The notes under the pieces were generated by a model. The model saw only the letters and a program-made list of their open reading frames with translations, was not told the origin of the DNA and ran no database searches. Both the position numbers and the translations under genes were made by a program. A DNA stretch of 64,000 bases from a virus (Duplodnaviria; Caudoviricetes). The stretch spans positions 1 to 64,000 of the IMG/VR virus record IMGVR_UViG_3300020576_003530, one strand, 5' to 3'. Each line of letters begins with the position of its first letter. Within the stretch, counting starts at the first letter, position 1. Positions 61,092 through 64,000 of the stretch are shown one piece after another.

Positions 61092-62501
61092 TTGTTTACC
61101 GATCTACAAAAAGAGAGACTTCTACTTTCGGGTATCGTCAAAGGTGGTAGCTCGGCCTATCATAATGCAGACTTCCTAATTGATGTTAACAACTTTTCGA
61201 CCCAGAGCCATCAATTAATCTATTCGGTAATTAAGAAATTGGCAGCAGATGGTGTGGATCAGTTTGATCTACCTCTTATTGCCCAGCACTGTAAGAACGT
61301 CAATGAAGTCGTATTCAATCGTGGTAATGTCTATGAGATTCTAGAAGAACTCAATCAGTCCAATGTCCGGGCAGAAAATATTGAGCAGTATGCGAAGGAA
61401 TTGGCAAGATTAGGCTTGTATCGCGAACTTCATGAACGGTTGGAAGAGGCTAAGTATAAGTTGGAAGGTGTCAATCCCTCTCAATCAGTCCTAAAGACCT
61501 TCGGCGATATTGAAAAAACCATCTTTGACTTCGAAAATAAGCTAATTGCCAATCAGCAAGACTTTGTTGACATGGGCAAAAAGGTTGTAGAATTACTCAA
61601 CTTCTTGGCCGAAACTAAGCCAAAGAATCAGGGCATTCCTACTGGATTCCCTGTCTACGATCACTGTATTGGTGGAGGATTACGTCCAGGCGTTCATATC
61701 ATTGGAGCTAGATCGGGATGCGGCAAAACCACCCTGAACACTAATCAAATTGTGAATGTGGGGCTGGCCAATATCCCCATGTTATACTTGGACACTGAAA
61801 TGTCTGATAAGGATATCTTAGTCAAGGCTGTAGCCTCGTTGTCCGGCGTCTCCGTCACGAACATTGAAAGCGGACTCTTTGGCGATTCGATGGTATTGGC
61901 CAAGCAAGTCGGAGAGGCTCAGGCTAAAATTCAGGCCTTCAACTTTCAGTACAAGAATATCTCTGGCTACGCCCCACAGCAGACTGTCAGTGTTATCCGC
62001 AATTGGATCATGAAGTATGTAGGATTTGATGCGAACGGAAATCTTAATCCGTGCGTAGTCTTCCTTGATTACATTAAAGTCATGGACATTAAGGATATGG
62101 GGAACGTTCAGGAGTATCAGTATCTTGGACAGTATATTACAGATTTGCATAATCTGACTGTTAAGTACCCTCTCCCTATCGTTGCTATGATCCAGCTTAA
62201 TAGGGACGGCATTGATCGAGAGGACGCTGGAGCAATCTCTGGTTCAGACCGTATTACTTGGTTGGCAACCAGCGTGACCATCCTTAAAAAGAAAACGGTA
62301 GAGGACTTTGTGGCAGACCCCATCACGAACGGATCTCACAAGATGGTCCCCATCAAATCTCGCTATGGGCCACCACTTGATCAAGGTGTTTACATCAATC
62401 TGGCGACCAACTTTGCTTGTGCTAAAATCGTAGAAAACGGTACTAATGTCAACACAAGAGGAATCAACATCGCGGGCGGTAACGACACAGTTGCTCTCTG
62501 A
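61092..62501 (+). CDS. dnaB: replicative DNA helicase (DnaB-like)
   Basis: 'GARSGCGKT', 'LDTEM', 'FLDYIK', 'QLNR', 'KSRYG'. Confidence 0.92.
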   Translation: MFTDLQKERLLLSGIVKGGSSAYHNADFLIDVNNFSTQSHQLIYSVIKKLAADGVDQFDLPLIAQHCKNVNEVVFNRGNVYEILEELNQSNVRAENIEQYAKELARLGLYRELHERLEEAKYKLEGVNPSQSVLKTFGDIEKTIFDFENKLIANQQDFVDMGKKVVELLNFLAETKPKNQGIPTGFPVYDHCIGGGLRPGVHIIGARSGCGKTTLNTNQIVNVGLANIPMLYLDTEMSDKDILVKAVASLSGVSVTNIESGLFGDSMVLAKQVGEAQAKIQAFNFQYKNISGYAPQQTVSVIRNWIMKYVGFDANGNLNPCVVFLDYIKVMDIKDMGNVQEYQYLGQYITDLHNLTVKYPLPIVAMIQLNRDGIDREDAGAISGSDRITWLATSVTILKKKTVEDFVADPITNGSHKMVPIKSRYGPPLDQGVYINLATNFACAKIVENGTNVNTRGINIAGGNDTVAL

Positions 62502-63357
62502 ATCAGATCTAGTTAGTTCTCTTCAACTCAATAATGGGCGTGGTCGCTGCCCCATTCATGGTGGCGATAATGATACGGCTTTTCACTATAATGAAACGAC
62601 TGGCAGGTGGCGGTGTTACACGCATGGCTGCCATAATCTAGTAGATAGGAATGATCTAAGAGGGTTGGCCAAGCATCTTGGTTGGCGGCTGAATGCTGTT
62701 CGGCCAGTCAAGGTAGTAAAAAAGAAGCCTGAGATCGTCTTAGACCGTGTTGCTGTCGAAGATGCTGGCATCACTGATACTTACTTTACCTCGAGAGGAT
62801 TTCGCCCCGAAACATCCTCATTCTTTGAAGCTTTTAAGTGTAACAATCCAAGTCATCCGCTGTTTGGCCGCTCAGTCATTCCTCTTAAAAATGACGAAGG
62901 CATGGTGGTAGGATACTCTGGTCGAACATCCGTAGGTAGTATGGTCAAGTGGTTACACTATCCTAAAAACCTCGTAAAAAGCGAAATTCTATACAATTTA
63001 CATCACGCTAAATCATTTATTCAGGCTCATCATACAATAATATTGACGGAGGGCATTCTAAAGGTCTGGAGACTGTGGGAAGCAAAAATTTGCTGTTCGG
63101 TCGCCACGCTGGGCACCTCTTTCTCTGACAAACAGTTTGGACTACTCAACAAGTACGGCGTTAATAAGATTATCCTCCTCATGGATGAAGATGAGGCGGG
63201 AATGAAGTTTACAAACTCCATCTATAACAGATGTCCCGATAATATAGAAATCTTTAGTCTACGACATCTAATCACTAGCGATATCGACGAAATGACTGTA
63301 GAGCAAATTAATCAGCAAATCAAACCGACTATTAAATCTATCATCTATGGCAACTAA
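62446..63357 (+). CDS. DNA primase (CHC2 zinc finger + TOPRIM)
   Basis: 'CPIHGGDN...CYTHGC', 'VGYSGR', 'LYNL', 'LTEG', 'MDEDEAG'. Confidence 0.88.
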   Translation: MSTQEESTSRAVTTQLLSESDLVSSLQLNNGRGRCPIHGGDNDTAFHYNETTGRWRCYTHGCHNLVDRNDLRGLAKHLGWRLNAVRPVKVVKKKPEIVLDRVAVEDAGITDTYFTSRGFRPETSSFFEAFKCNNPSHPLFGRSVIPLKNDEGMVVGYSGRTSVGSMVKWLHYPKNLVKSEILYNLHHAKSFIQAHHTIILTEGILKVWRLWEAKICCSVATLGTSFSDKQFGLLNKYGVNKIILLMDEDEAGMKFTNSIYNRCPDNIEIFSLRHLITSDIDEMTVEQINQQIKPTIKSIIYGN

Positions 63358-64000
63358 AATTCTACTTATTTCCGGCAAGGCTCAGTCAGGTAAGGATACG
63401 GCGGCAGATTGTATTACTGCCAGAAGTCATCTTCGGTATGATCAACGGCGAGGTAAAGCTTTAGTAACGACCTCCTATGTAAAATGCGAAAGCCAAAAGT
63501 TCTCATTTGCCGATCCTCTCAAAGAGTTCTGCATTAATGTGTTTGGGCTGACTCGTCAGCAGTGCTATGGTACAAACGACGATAAGAATACACCCACAAA
63601 TATTAAGTGGTGCGATCTTCCATTGCCGACAGAGAAGATCTTGAGTTTGATCCCCTCTCCCGACCGCCTTTCCTCCTTCATGACAGCCCGAGAGGTCCTC
63701 GAGGTATTTGGCTCCCAGATCTGCCGCAAAATGTATAATGACTGCTGGGCCTATGCCACGAAGAAACGTGCTATCGAGGCTAAGTGTGACTTGTCCATCA
63801 TTGCAGATGTAAGATTTCCAAATGAGATCGATCTGTTCCTAGAACTTGACCCTATTGTGGTCCGTTTTACTCGAAATCTGTTAAATCGGCAGACCGAGTC
63901 TGAATTGGCCCTTGATCATTATGATTGGTCTAAGGTAAAGAATTTTATCCTAATTGACAACATTAATATGACGGTAGATGAAAAGAATAAAAAGGTGCTC
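63347..64000 (+). CDS. deoxynucleoside-monophosphate kinase, truncated by the window edge
   Basis: translated by hand: MATKILLISGKAQSGKDT...SFADPLK...TAREVLEVFG...IADVRFPNE. Confidence 0.85.
   Translation, partial: MATKILLISGKAQSGKDTAADCITARSHLRYDQRRGKALVTTSYVKCESQKFSFADPLKEFCINVFGLTRQQCYGTNDDKNTPTNIKWCDLPLPTEKILSLIPSPDRLSSFMTAREVLEVFGSQICRKMYNDCWAYATKKRAIEAKCDLSIIADVRFPNEIDLFLELDPIVVRFTRNLLNRQTESELALDHYDWSKVKNFILIDNINMTVDEKNKKVL

Noticed and set aside
50370-62501. inteins or introns in nrdJ, recA and dnaB
   Set aside because: protein lengths are normal and no intein splice motifs or interruptions are evident
689-63221. most minus-strand and nested alternative-frame ORFs in the ORF track
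   Set aside because: they are shadows of well-supported plus-strand genes and carry no recognisable motifs
1-64000. stop-codon reassignment (alternative genetic code)
   Set aside because: code 11 gives dense, full-length conserved genes ending in TAA, TGA and TAG; no suppressor tRNA seen
1-64000. CRISPR array, integrase or IS element
   Set aside because: no regularly spaced repeats and no recombinase or transposase motifs seen

Overview
64 kb of a large dsDNA bacteriophage genome. It is densely coding in the standard genetic code and almost entirely on the + strand, with one convincing minus-strand gene. No capsid, terminase or tail gene is recognisable, so this looks like the early/middle region. 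Replication and recombination genes: DnaB helicase, primase, RecA/UvsX, RuvB, ATP-dependent DNA ligase. Nucleotide supply: class II NrdJ, ThyX, dUTPase, dCMP deaminase, dNMP kinase. RNA repair: two RNA ligases, a kinase, a HAD phosphatase and a Pol-beta nucleotidyltransferase. Host-like auxiliary genes: def, GroES, DksA/TraR and a sigma-like factor. There are three tRNAs, a degenerate tRNA directly upstream of an HNH gene, and many small hypotheticals. Most notable observations: (1) a complete phage-encoded ubiquitin-like conjugation operon (Ubl ending GTKG, E2-like, JAB/JAMM, ThiF/E1; PRTRC-like) at 43.5-47.2 kb; (2) about 17 small proteins from several unrelated-looking subfamilies that share only a 10-residue 'MKIxxLL/II' N-terminal leader, a candidate targeting tag; (3) a J-domain / vWA / divergent adenylosuccinate-synthetase cassette whose synthetase lacks the canonical aspartate-binding loop; (4) a tiny PEP-CTERM-like protein suggesting a host with an exosortase, e.g. 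Planctomycetota; (5) two recurrent intergenic motifs, TAAGTARGATTGA and GTGTAT, as candidate phage promoters. All calls come from motif recognition by eye; no database searches were run.
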